Assembly: GCA_965249725.1 (NCBI GenBank)
Contig: OZ252251.1
Coordinates: forward strand, 128,001 to 192,000
Source: Longimicrobiales bacterium
GTDB lineage: Bacteria; Gemmatimonadota; Gemmatimonadetes; Longimicrobiales; Gaopeijiaceae
Direction: 5' to 3'
Length of the DNA stretch: 64,000 nt
The first letter of the stretch is position 1. Each line of letters begins with the position of its first letter. Position numbers and translations under genes: made by a program. Below, piece after piece: positions 18,465-26,685 of this stretch. Below the pieces are notes generated by a model. It searched no databases, was not told the DNA's origin, and saw only the letters and a list, made by a program, of their open reading frames with translations.

Positions 18465-19148
18465 TTAGACTCTGCCTCGGACCCATCGGTCCGTGGCCTG
18501 CAGCGTTCCCAATATTACAGCCTTATCGGCTGTATCTTCGACGGCCGCCGCCCCCGCGAGGGCGGTTACCGACCGTCCATGAATCGCATGTATGGCGACC
18601 AACGCGAACTGCGAGTCGACCGCCTCCACCAACTTTACGCCGTCGACGGATAGTGCCACCTCGCCCTCTCCCAAGAGGGGTGCGATGGCACCTTCGATCG
18701 CTTTCACCGCCGCCGAAGCAGTCGTTTCTAGTCTTGCACGGATCAGGTCAGCTCCGCTGGCCTCACCCTCAAAGCGCTCTCCGCGCCATTCCACCGTCAC
18801 CCGGATTCGCACTCGGTGAGACCGCTCGGTCTCGACCTGGTGGCTGATGAAGAGGATCCGGTCCTCCATGGTCAGCCGCGCCGGATGATCCAATACCTTT
18901 GCTTCGCTAGCCGCGTCCTCGTCCGTCGTCTCCGCCACCGACACCTTGCGGTGGTCGATCTTCATGCCGAAGTGGGCCAACAAGGCCGATTCGACATTCC
19001 GCACCGACTGCTTCGGCGACAGGTCTCCCATAGTGAGGAGATGGATCTCGTCGATCTCCCCTCCGGGACGCGCCACCACGCGTGCCGACACGACTCCCCG
19101 CAGGGAGTTCAGCAGAGCCTCGGCCTCCTCGATACTCCATTCCCTCAT
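18465..19148 (-). CDS. Conserved two-domain hypothetical protein
   Basis: Globular ORF from MREWSIEEAE; N-domain EIHLL...PKQSVRNVES...IDHRKVSVA; C-domain resembles the LeuA regulatory fold by eye. Confidence 0.75.
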   Translation of the reverse strand: MREWSIEEAEALLNSLRGVVSARVVARPGGEIDEIHLLTMGDLSPKQSVRNVESALLAHFGMKIDHRKVSVAETTDEDAASEAKVLDHPARLTMEDRILFISHQVETERSHRVRIRVTVEWRGERFEGEASGADLIRARLETTASAAVKAIEGAIAPLLGEGEVALSVDGVKLVEAVDSQFALVAIHAIHGRSVTALAGAAAVEDTADKAVILGTLQATDRWVRGRV

Positions 19149-19657
19149 GGGTGGAGTAGGGCTCTTCTCCGCGTTCAATTGCGGAGCCGACAGGGGTATG
19201 AACAGCCCCACCGGGTCGTGCCCCCAGACCCGTTCCCAACCGGGTCGACTCGATCTAGATCACCGGCCGAAGCACGGCTTTTCAAATCTATGTTGCTCCC
19301 TCGCATCATTCCCCGATGTTGGCGATCCGTGAGCGACGGCAATTCTGGCCCAACCACGGTGACATCAGTGAGAGGACAAGTCATATGTTTACGAAACTCC
19401 GGCACTATGTGTCCAGACGTCACCGCTTGTCAAGAACAGCATAGGGCGGGCCGTATATCGGCGACAGAGGAAGCGTTTTCTTATCGGTACGGCGGAGTGG
19501 AATAATGGTAAAAAAATGCAACAAGCAAACATCCGTGTCCGGAGACGGGAGGAGCCACCGGAAATCGCCATGCTGGACACACGAGGACGGTCGGTTTATA
19601 CACCAGTCAACCGTCGCAGTTGAGACGGCCCAACCCTCTGGACAGGACCCGGAACTC

Positions 19658-20377
19658 ATGGCGAGACGCGGCGGCCTTGCTGTAACCGTCCTTGCTTTCT
19701 CCTTCTTTCTCGGCGGCTGTGCATCGAGGCAGTCCATCCCCCAAGTTACGAGAGTCACAGAGCTTCCGACGATTACGAAGACCGGCGTGCAACCGGGCGA
19801 CCAAGTCGCTATCACGTTCTACACGGCAGCCGGCAGCGAACTGTCCGAGGTGTCCGGCGAGCGCACGGTCGATGCCAACGGGGAGGTCTTCCTACCGTTC
19901 TTGGGGACCGTGAGCGTCCTCGGGCTCGACTCTCAGACCATTCGCGAGATGCTGGAAGATCGCTACGGAACACTCTACTCTGATCCGGTCGTCGAAGTCT
20001 CGACGAACATCCATGTCAACGTCACGGGAGCCGTCGGTCGACCTGGTCGTTACTTCCTGCCTCCATCCGCGACCTTGGTCGACGCTCTCGCCCTCGCTGG
20101 GGGCTCAGGCTCCGACATCGACGTCGCGGTGCAGGGGGGAGCCGCTGACCCGGCCAACGTACGTCTGGTAAGGGAAGGCGTATCGACAATCATCGATATG
20201 CGGCCCTTGGAGATTCGGCCAGTGGTCCTCGACCTTCGTGTGCAGTCCGGCGACTGGCTCCACATACCCAGAGCCGTCCGGTCCGAGCGGCGTGACGACA
20301 TCAGCTTCTACGGCAGCATCCTGAGCACGCTCCTGACCTTCGTTTCGCTCATCGTCCTCGTCGGGCAGAACAAGTAG
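19658..20377 (+). CDS. Polysaccharide export family lipoprotein (Poly_export + SLBB)
   Basis: Lipobox LGGC, QPGDQV, VDANGEVFLPFLG, VTGAVGRPG, LVDALALAGG. Confidence 0.85.
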   Translation: MARRGGLAVTVLAFSFFLGGCASRQSIPQVTRVTELPTITKTGVQPGDQVAITFYTAAGSELSEVSGERTVDANGEVFLPFLGTVSVLGLDSQTIREMLEDRYGTLYSDPVVEVSTNIHVNVTGAVGRPGRYFLPPSATLVDALALAGGSGSDIDVAVQGGAADPANVRLVREGVSTIIDMRPLEIRPVVLDLRVQSGDWLHIPRAVRSERRDDISFYGSILSTLLTFVSLIVLVGQNK

Positions 20378-20554
20378 CCGATCAATCCACATGCGCCCCG
20401 CGGAGGGCCCCACGGTCCAGGTGGGCGGCTCCGACACCTACGAGGCTCGATGCCGAAAATGTCACGAGGTGCCGCGGCGTCGGTGGCGCCTTGACACCCC
20501 CCTCGAGGCTCTAGAGTTTTTTGGTTCACTCTGCCGCAAGTCGGCATGAGTCAA

Positions 20555-20627
20555 TCCCGCGTAGCTCAGTTGGTAGAGCAGTCGGCTGTTAACCGACTTG
20601 TCGCTGGTTCGAGTCCAGCCGCGGGAG
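20555..20627 (+). tRNA. tRNA-Asn(GTT), CCA not encoded
   Basis: Full cloverleaf: TCCCGCG/CGCGGGA acceptor stem, GTCGG-CTGTTAA-CCGAC anticodon arm, TTCGAGT T-loop; TTGACA at 20491 upstream. Confidence 0.97.
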
Positions 20628-20641
20628 TTCAAGCACCACCT

Positions 20642-20689
20642 TCTCAAGCTCCGTCTCAGGCTCCGTGTCAGGCTCCGTGTCAGGCTCCG
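20642..20689. repeat. 12-bp tandem repeat x4 downstream of the tRNA
   Basis: tctcaggctccg / tgtcaggctccg units. Confidence 0.9.
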
Positions 20690-20718
20690 TCGTTCGTTAT
20701 GGGCGACGGAGCTTCTTC
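20684..20718 (+). terminator. Intrinsic terminator after tRNA-Asn
   Basis: GCTCCGTCGTTC-GTTAT-GGGCGACGGAGC followed by TTCTTC. Confidence 0.7.
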
Positions 20719-20882
20719 GTCCCGGCAGACCCGCCCAGGCCCCCGGGGCTGACCCCGATTCGGTGTTCGGCTAGTTTTTAGAGCTTGAGCATAGGCCACC
20801 TCGTTCGCGGAAATGTCCTTGGGGGCGAACGAAGTGAGATGTAGATTAGCTGCCACCAGAGTTGCTCGCATGGAGGGCTCAC

Positions 20883-22235
20883 ATGGGTGAAGACAAGCCT
20901 GAGACCACACGGCAGGGCGGGATGTTTACCGACGAGACCGGTAGCCAGCTCCCGCTCGCCATGCAGTACGACTACACGAATTTCTATTTCGGGTCGGGCG
21001 ACGATGCCTTCGGCATGCTCGACCCGTTCGACGAGTGGTACAAGGACGCGAAGCCGGCCGGGTACTACCTATACGGGCTCCCCATGCAGGGCGCGCCGAC
21101 CACGCGCGTGGACATCCGCAACACGAAGACGGATGAGATCCACAGGGGGCTACTGAACTTCGCCTCCTATAACTACCTCGGTCTCTCGTATCGTCCGGAG
21201 GTCAAGGAAGCCGTGATCGCGGCGACCCACCTCTATGGCAACGGTGCGTCAGGCTCACCCATCCTGAGCGGCTCGCTGGAGGTCCACCACGAGTTGGCCG
21301 AGCGGCTGGCGGCCTTCAAGGGCAAGGAAGCGGTACTTCTCTTCCCGACCGGCTACAGTGTGAACGTGGGGGTCATCGCGGGGCTCATGCGCTCGGGCGA
21401 CCTCATCGTGGCCGACCAGTACGCCCACGCCAGCCTCGTGGACGGCATGATCCTGTCCAAGGCCACGAGTCGCTTCTTCCGCCACAACAAGGTCGAGGAC
21501 CTGGAGCGCAAGCTGAAGCGCTACGACGGCAAGAAGCTGGTTCTGATCGAAGGCGTGTACTCGATGGACGGCGATTTGGCCGTGGTTCCGGAGATCGTCG
21601 AAGTATGCCAGCGCTACGGCGCCCGCATCTTGATCGACGAGGCCCACTCGACGTTCATCTACGGCGAGAACGGACGCGGCGTCGCCGAGTCCTCGGGTTT
21701 CGAGGACGAGATCGACATTCATGTGGGGACCTTCTCCAAGAGCCTGGGAGGCCAGGGCGGCTTCGTGGCCGGTTCCAAGAAGCTGATCAACTACCTGCGA
21801 GGTTTCTCGAGGTCGCGCTTCTTCTCTTGCGGGCTCTCGCCCGTGGTGGCCGCAGGCATTCTCAAGGCGCTGGATCTCTTCGAGGCCGAGCCGGAGCTGC
21901 GCACTCAGCTGTGGGAGAACGTGGACTTCATGCAGAAGAGCCTCCGCGAGGCCGGCATCTCCGTGGGCGACTCCGAGTGTCAGGTCATTCCCATCATGGT
22001 GCAGGACGACGCCCGCGTCTTCGAGATCGGTGAGGCATTGATGCAAGAGGGCGTCTACCTAAACCCGGTCAAGTATCCCGCAGTCCCCAAACACAAATCA
22101 CGGTTCCGCATGTCCATTTCCGCGGCTCACTCGAAAGAGGAGCTCGAAGAGGGCGTCCGGATCATCACCAGCGTCTTGCAAAGGTACGGCATATGTCCGA
22201 AGGCCGAGGACGGTATTACTTCGACAACGGGCTGA
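20883..22235 (+). CDS. PLP-dependent alpha-oxoamine synthase, serine palmitoyltransferase-like
   Basis: SYNYLGL, DQYAHASL, EGVYSMDGD, DEAHS, GTFSKSLG. Confidence 0.8.
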   Translation: MGEDKPETTRQGGMFTDETGSQLPLAMQYDYTNFYFGSGDDAFGMLDPFDEWYKDAKPAGYYLYGLPMQGAPTTRVDIRNTKTDEIHRGLLNFASYNYLGLSYRPEVKEAVIAATHLYGNGASGSPILSGSLEVHHELAERLAAFKGKEAVLLFPTGYSVNVGVIAGLMRSGDLIVADQYAHASLVDGMILSKATSRFFRHNKVEDLERKLKRYDGKKLVLIEGVYSMDGDLAVVPEIVEVCQRYGARILIDEAHSTFIYGENGRGVAESSGFEDEIDIHVGTFSKSLGGQGGFVAGSKKLINYLRGFSRSRFFSCGLSPVVAAGILKALDLFEAEPELRTQLWENVDFMQKSLREAGISVGDSECQVIPIMVQDDARVFEIGEALMQEGVYLNPVKYPAVPKHKSRFRMSISAAHSKEELEEGVRIITSVLQRYGICPKAEDGITSTTG

Positions 22236-22864
22236 GCTGCCTATTCGAGATGCCGACCTCCGATGCGAGGCGGCTCCTACCATCTCATCTCCAGCCTCTC
22301 GAAGTACAGCACGAGCGTAGCATCCTCTCCGTCACCGCCTTCGATTTCTACGAGGGGGACGGAGGGGTGTACCAGGAGTTGGTCCTTTCGATTCTGGTCC
22401 CGCCCCTCGTGAAGCCGGGCGATACGCTCCCCAAGGCCGCTCTCTATCCGTTCATCGTGGCGACGAGCACCGAGTTCGGGCGCAAAGAGGGCATCGATCG
22501 CTGGAAGCTGCCCCATCTCATGCGCGATATCGATGTGGAGTTCACCGAGGGCGAGAACGAGATGACGGTGGCCGTGAGTGCCGACGGCGACCCCATCTGC
22601 GAGATGACCGGAACGAGCCACGAGTTCGAGCCGGCCGGGCTGCTCTTCCATTCCTTCGTGTCGGACGACACGGGCAACTACAAATCCGACCTGACCATGG
22701 AAGGGGAGGGATACAGCGAGCACGAGTTCGAGCGTGGATCTCTTACCCTGTACGAGCACGAGATGACGGCGGGACTCACCATCGACGAGGTCGCCGACTA
22801 TCCGTTTCGCGAGCAGTGGATGAAGCGTGGCGTGGAGACCTTTACTCCCCTCGAGAATATCTGA
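22193..22864 (+). CDS. Acetoacetate-decarboxylase-like fold protein
   Basis: ARRLLPSHLQP, YQELVLSI and GIDRWKLP pattern. Confidence 0.6.
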   Translation: MSEGRGRYYFDNGLSCLFEMPTSDARRLLPSHLQPLEVQHERSILSVTAFDFYEGDGGVYQELVLSILVPPLVKPGDTLPKAALYPFIVATSTEFGRKEGIDRWKLPHLMRDIDVEFTEGENEMTVAVSADGDPICEMTGTSHEFEPAGLLFHSFVSDDTGNYKSDLTMEGEGYSEHEFERGSLTLYEHEMTAGLTIDEVADYPFREQWMKRGVETFTPLENI

Positions 22865-22902
22865 GCGCCCTAGACAACGAGCCCCGGTCACAAGAACCGG
22901 CC

Positions 22903-23868
22903 ATGTCGTCCGACCAAAACTCGAAGCGTGCCTTTGTAATCTTCAACCCGGCCTCGGGTAGGGGGCGCGGCGCGCGCGGGAAAGACCACCTGCTCGATCT
23001 CCTCTCACGGCACCTGCCGGGATTCGAGCACGCCGTCACGAAGGGTCCCGGCGACGAAGGCGCGCTGGCCGATCAGGCTCTCGCCAGCGGACGCTTCGAT
23101 CTGATCGTCGCCGTGGGCGGCGACGGCACCTGGAGCAACGTGGCGGACCGGATCGTGGCATCCGGTACGGAGCACGTGACCTTCGGACTTCTTGCGGCGG
23201 GCACGGGCAACGACTTCGGACGCAACTTCGGAGTCTCCGGCAGTGATCCCGAATCGGCGGTTCGGACCCTGGCCGAGGGACGCGTGGTGAAGGTGGACGT
23301 CGGCCGCGTCGTTACGGGTGGGACTCCCCAAGGTGTGCATCAGGACGTCTCAGGCCCCTTGAGGGGCCGTCACTTTCTCAACCTGGTCGGGTTCGGGTTC
23401 GACGTCGCCGTTATCGAGGCCACATCAGGGGCCCGATTCCTGAGGGGAGCCCTGCTCTACAAGGTGACGGCCCTGCAGAACCTGTTCTCGTTCCCGGGCG
23501 TGGACCTGTCGCTCACCAGCGAGGAGCCCACGGTCGATGGCAAGCAGTTGATGCTCACCATCTCCAACGGTCCGTTCTTCGGGGGAGCCTTCCCCATCGC
23601 CCCGGCCGCGGAGATCGCGGACGGTCTGCTCGACGCCTGCGCCATCGGGAACGCGTCGCCGTTCACGCGAATGCGGCTGTTCCACATGGCCGAAAAGGGC
23701 GATCACGTAAGGTCCCCACTCGTCCACACCCGACGGAGCGGGCGGTTCACGGTGAGTTTCGCCGAACCACCCAAATACGAGGTGGACGGCGACGTCTGGC
23801 AGGCCGAGGAGTCCGACGTGGTGGTAGAGGTCTTACCTCAGGCTCTGAGGATCGTGGTCCCGGGCTGA
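22903..23868 (+). CDS. Diacylglycerol/sphingosine kinase family (YegS/DgkB-like) lipid kinase
   Basis: NPASG, GGDGT, GTGNDF, NGPFFGG, VDGD. Confidence 0.9.
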   Translation: MSSDQNSKRAFVIFNPASGRGRGARGKDHLLDLLSRHLPGFEHAVTKGPGDEGALADQALASGRFDLIVAVGGDGTWSNVADRIVASGTEHVTFGLLAAGTGNDFGRNFGVSGSDPESAVRTLAEGRVVKVDVGRVVTGGTPQGVHQDVSGPLRGRHFLNLVGFGFDVAVIEATSGARFLRGALLYKVTALQNLFSFPGVDLSLTSEEPTVDGKQLMLTISNGPFFGGAFPIAPAAEIADGLLDACAIGNASPFTRMRLFHMAEKGDHVRSPLVHTRRSGRFTVSFAEPPKYEVDGDVWQAEESDVVVEVLPQALRIVVPG

Positions 23869-23886
23869 CTCACCTCGGACCTCCGT

Positions 23887-24375
23887 CTAACCTCGCGAGA
23901 TGCTCAGGCGATAGCGGACGAAGGGCTCGTTCCCGATCGGGTGCTCACCCTCTTCCCGAAATCCCAGTCGTAGAAGCCCAGCAACACGCGCCCTACTCGG
24001 GGGAAGCAAGGCGATTACCGAGTCCACCTGGAGCTCGGCCGACGCGTATCGAATGATCCTCTCGAAGAGGGTTCGGCCTGCCCCCCAATGGGCCGGGTGA
24101 AGCACCATGCCCACGTCGGCGTCGTCGCCCTCCGGTTGCAGCCCGCCCCATCCGACGAACTCATCACCGATGAAGAACGCCCACGGACCGTAGCCGCTCT
24201 CTGCCCACATGCGCTCCTTGGCCGCGACGAACTTCTCGCACATCTCCGGCGTGAACGGGCCTCGTGCGAGCGGTAGGTGACGACGCACGAGGGCATCATT
24301 CATCAAAGCGATGATCGCCTCGGGGTCCACTTCACCGAGTCGTTTGAACTCGATGTCCTGATAGTCCTGGCCCAT
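23887..24375 (-). CDS. GNAT family N-acetyltransferase (RimJ/RimL-like)
   Basis: GYGPWA...FVGWGGL...LHPAHWGAG...LGF. Confidence 0.8.
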   Translation of the reverse strand: MGQDYQDIEFKRLGEVDPEAIIALMNDALVRRHLPLARGPFTPEMCEKFVAAKERMWAESGYGPWAFFIGDEFVGWGGLQPEGDDADVGMVLHPAHWGAGRTLFERIIRYASAELQVDSVIALLPPSRARVAGLLRLGFREEGEHPIGNEPFVRYRLSISRG

Positions 24376-24380
24376 GGCGT

Positions 24381-25028
24381 CTAGGCAGACGTCTCCTCGA
24401 GACGTCCGGCCACGAGCGTCCAGCTCTGGTCGGCCAACAGCTCTGCATCCGCCTCGTCATGGCTCACCAGGACCAGAGGGGTGCCGTTGCCCTCGGCGTA
24501 TTCGCGTACCGCCCTGGCGATCTCCAAGCGTAGAGGCCGATCGAGCGCCGAGAACGGCTCGTCCAGGAGCAGAAGGCTCGGCTCGGAGAGCAGGGCCCTG
24601 CCGAGGGCCACCCTCTGGCGTTCCCCCCCCGACAGGAACCGGGGCCGTCGGTCCAACAACTCCGAGAGAACGAGCAACTCCGAGACCTTCACGACCTGCG
24701 ACGGATCGGGCGCCGTGTAGGCCAGGTTCTCCCGCACGGAAAGATGAGGGAACAGCAGTGCCTCCTGAGGCACCCAACCCACCTTGCGCTCCCACGCAGG
24801 GACCGACACTCCCGCCCCGGTATCGAGCCAGACATTCCCGTTGACCCGCACCGTTCCGAACGCCTTGGGCTCAAGCCCTGCAAGCACCCTCAGGAGTGAG
24901 CTCTTTCCCGACCCCGACGGCCCGACGATAGCGACCGATGCACTGCTCGGGCTCCAGTCCACATCGAGCTCGAAGGCATCGAGTGGAAGGCGAATGCGAG
25001 CTCGCAGGACTCCCGCCTCAACGGCCAC
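24381..25028 (-). CDS. modC: Molybdate ABC transporter ATP-binding protein
   Basis: GPSGSGKS, LSGGERQRV, LLLDEPF; follows modB. Confidence 0.85.
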   Translation of the reverse strand: MAVEAGVLRARIRLPLDAFELDVDWSPSSASVAIVGPSGSGKSSLLRVLAGLEPKAFGTVRVNGNVWLDTGAGVSVPAWERKVGWVPQEALLFPHLSVRENLAYTAPDPSQVVKVSELLVLSELLDRRPRFLSGGERQRVALGRALLSEPSLLLLDEPFSALDRPLRLEIARAVREYAEGNGTPLVLVSHDEADAELLADQSWTLVAGRLEETSA

Positions 25029-26559
25029 CGTGGTCCTCCAATCGTCTCCGCTGCCACCGGGACAGCGATTCGAAACCCAGCAGCGCCAGCAAGGAAAGCG
25101 TCACGCTGGCGGCTACGAGCGTCCAGGTGGCGGTGCGGCCCGAGGGGGACTCCAGGAGCGAGTAGACGGCGAGCGCGATCGTGCGTGTCTCGCCCTCGAG
25201 GTTTCCGGCCAGTACCACCGTCGCCCCGAACTCCCCCAAGGCTCGAGCAAACGCCAGCACGGCCCCCGCCGCGATGCCCGGCAGGGCCAGGGGCAGGGAA
25301 ATCCTGCGAAACGTGGGTGCCCTCGGCACACCCAGTGTCCACGAGACCTCCTCGAAGCGCCGGTCCACGGTCTCGAACGCACCTCGGATCGCCATGACAT
25401 ACAGGGGAAAGCCGACGACGAGGGCCGCCAGGACCGCGCCCAGGACGGTGAAGGGTACGGGTAGTCCGATGGCATCGAGCAGCCCCCCCAGCATCGATTG
25501 TCGGCCCAGAGCGCCGAGCAGAAGAAAGCCTGTGACCACGGGCGGAATGACCAGAGGTGCCATGAAGAGCATGGAGACGAACGTCTTGCCCCTGAAGTCG
25601 CGCCGCGCCAACAACCACCCCACGGCCACGGCCGGCACGAGCCCCAGAATCACCGCCCCGAGGGCGACGATCAGGGAGAGGCGGACGGCGGCCCAGGGGT
25701 CCAAGACAAAGGCCGACTCCGGTCTCTGAGCAACGGGTGCAAACAGCCCCGACCCGTTCTCGTCTCCGAAGCCCGATGCCGCGAAAATCGACGCGGCATC
25801 CGGCCCCTGCAAGAAAGCCAAGAAGGCCTCGGCCGCCCCTGCGCTGCTCGTGCCGGCGACCACCGCCCCCGGATACACCACGGTGGGCGATCCCCCTCGG
25901 GGGAACTCGAACGCGACCCTGACCCGACTCTCGGCCAGGGCGTCGCTTCGGTACACGATGCCTCCGTCGGCCTCGCCCCGGGCCACCCACTCCAACGCGC
26001 CCCGGACGCTCCCACCCCGGACGATCCGGCCCTGCACGGCCTCCCAGAGGCCGGCGGACTCCAGGGCTGCCTTCGCATAGCGCCCGGCCGGAACGTCTTC
26101 GCCGGCCAGAGCGATCCTGTCGAGGTCCGGATCTTCCAGATCCCGGACTTCACGCGGCCCGAAGGCGGTCCCCGGCGGTACGACGAACACCAGGCGGTTC
26201 GTCACCACCGGGCGAACCGACGCCGCATCCACGGTGCCGTTCTCCTCGAGCCAACGCATCCAATCGACGTCGGCCGAGATGAACACATCCGCGGGCGCGC
26301 CACGGAACAGTTGGGGCGCCAGACGGGACGTCGCGTCGAAGCTGAGACGTACGGGAGGTCCACCAGCGCGCTCCCAGGCTCGCGCTACCTCCGGGAGTAC
26401 GTCTTGAAGACTCGAAGCGGCCAGAACGGCGAGATGTGGCTCCTGGGGGCTCACGCAGTCGGGTGACGGAATGCCCCAGCACGGTAGAGGGGCAGCCGAA
26501 AGCCCCTGAATCGCCCATAGCTGGACAGCTACGGCCCATCGGAGACATTGTTTAGTCAT
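25018..26559 (-). CDS. Fused molybdate-binding protein ModA and permease ModB
   Basis: AASSL, ADVFISA, VPAGRYA (ModA) in frame with PLVIPPVVTG and FARALGEFGAT (ModB). Confidence 0.85.
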   Translation of the reverse strand: MTKQCLRWAVAVQLWAIQGLSAAPLPCWGIPSPDCVSPQEPHLAVLAASSLQDVLPEVARAWERAGGPPVRLSFDATSRLAPQLFRGAPADVFISADVDWMRWLEENGTVDAASVRPVVTNRLVFVVPPGTAFGPREVRDLEDPDLDRIALAGEDVPAGRYAKAALESAGLWEAVQGRIVRGGSVRGALEWVARGEADGGIVYRSDALAESRVRVAFEFPRGGSPTVVYPGAVVAGTSSAGAAEAFLAFLQGPDAASIFAASGFGDENGSGLFAPVAQRPESAFVLDPWAAVRLSLIVALGAVILGLVPAVAVGWLLARRDFRGKTFVSMLFMAPLVIPPVVTGFLLLGALGRQSMLGGLLDAIGLPVPFTVLGAVLAALVVGFPLYVMAIRGAFETVDRRFEEVSWTLGVPRAPTFRRISLPLALPGIAAGAVLAFARALGEFGATVVLAGNLEGETRTIALAVYSLLESPSGRTATWTLVAASVTLSLLALLGFESLSRWQRRRLEDHGGR

Positions 26560-26685
26560 AGGCAGTCGGCAGGTTAGGCATCCCCTCAGGTACCGGCAAG
26601 GACGCGCCGGAGGCTTCCGCTGGGTATGGTTCTTCAAAGCGAACACCTCGATGGCTGAGCGGCTCCCTCCGCTTCGACTCGCACC

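Noticed and set aside
19212..19657. Sigma54 -24/-12 promoter in the divergent region
   Set aside because: Candidate GG...TTGC elements do not have the required GG-N10-GC spacing
20555..20760. Integrative element at tRNA-Asn
   Set aside because: No integrase, and I saw no duplicated tRNA 3' end in the window
20883..22235. Assigning bioF or kbl to the oxoamine synthase
   Set aside because: No biotin or threonine-catabolism context, and the motifs lean towards SPT; symbol left blank
26560..26685. Moco riboswitch or ModE box upstream of modAB
   Set aside because: Only scattered short resemblances; I could not build the conserved structure. An Rfam scan would settle it
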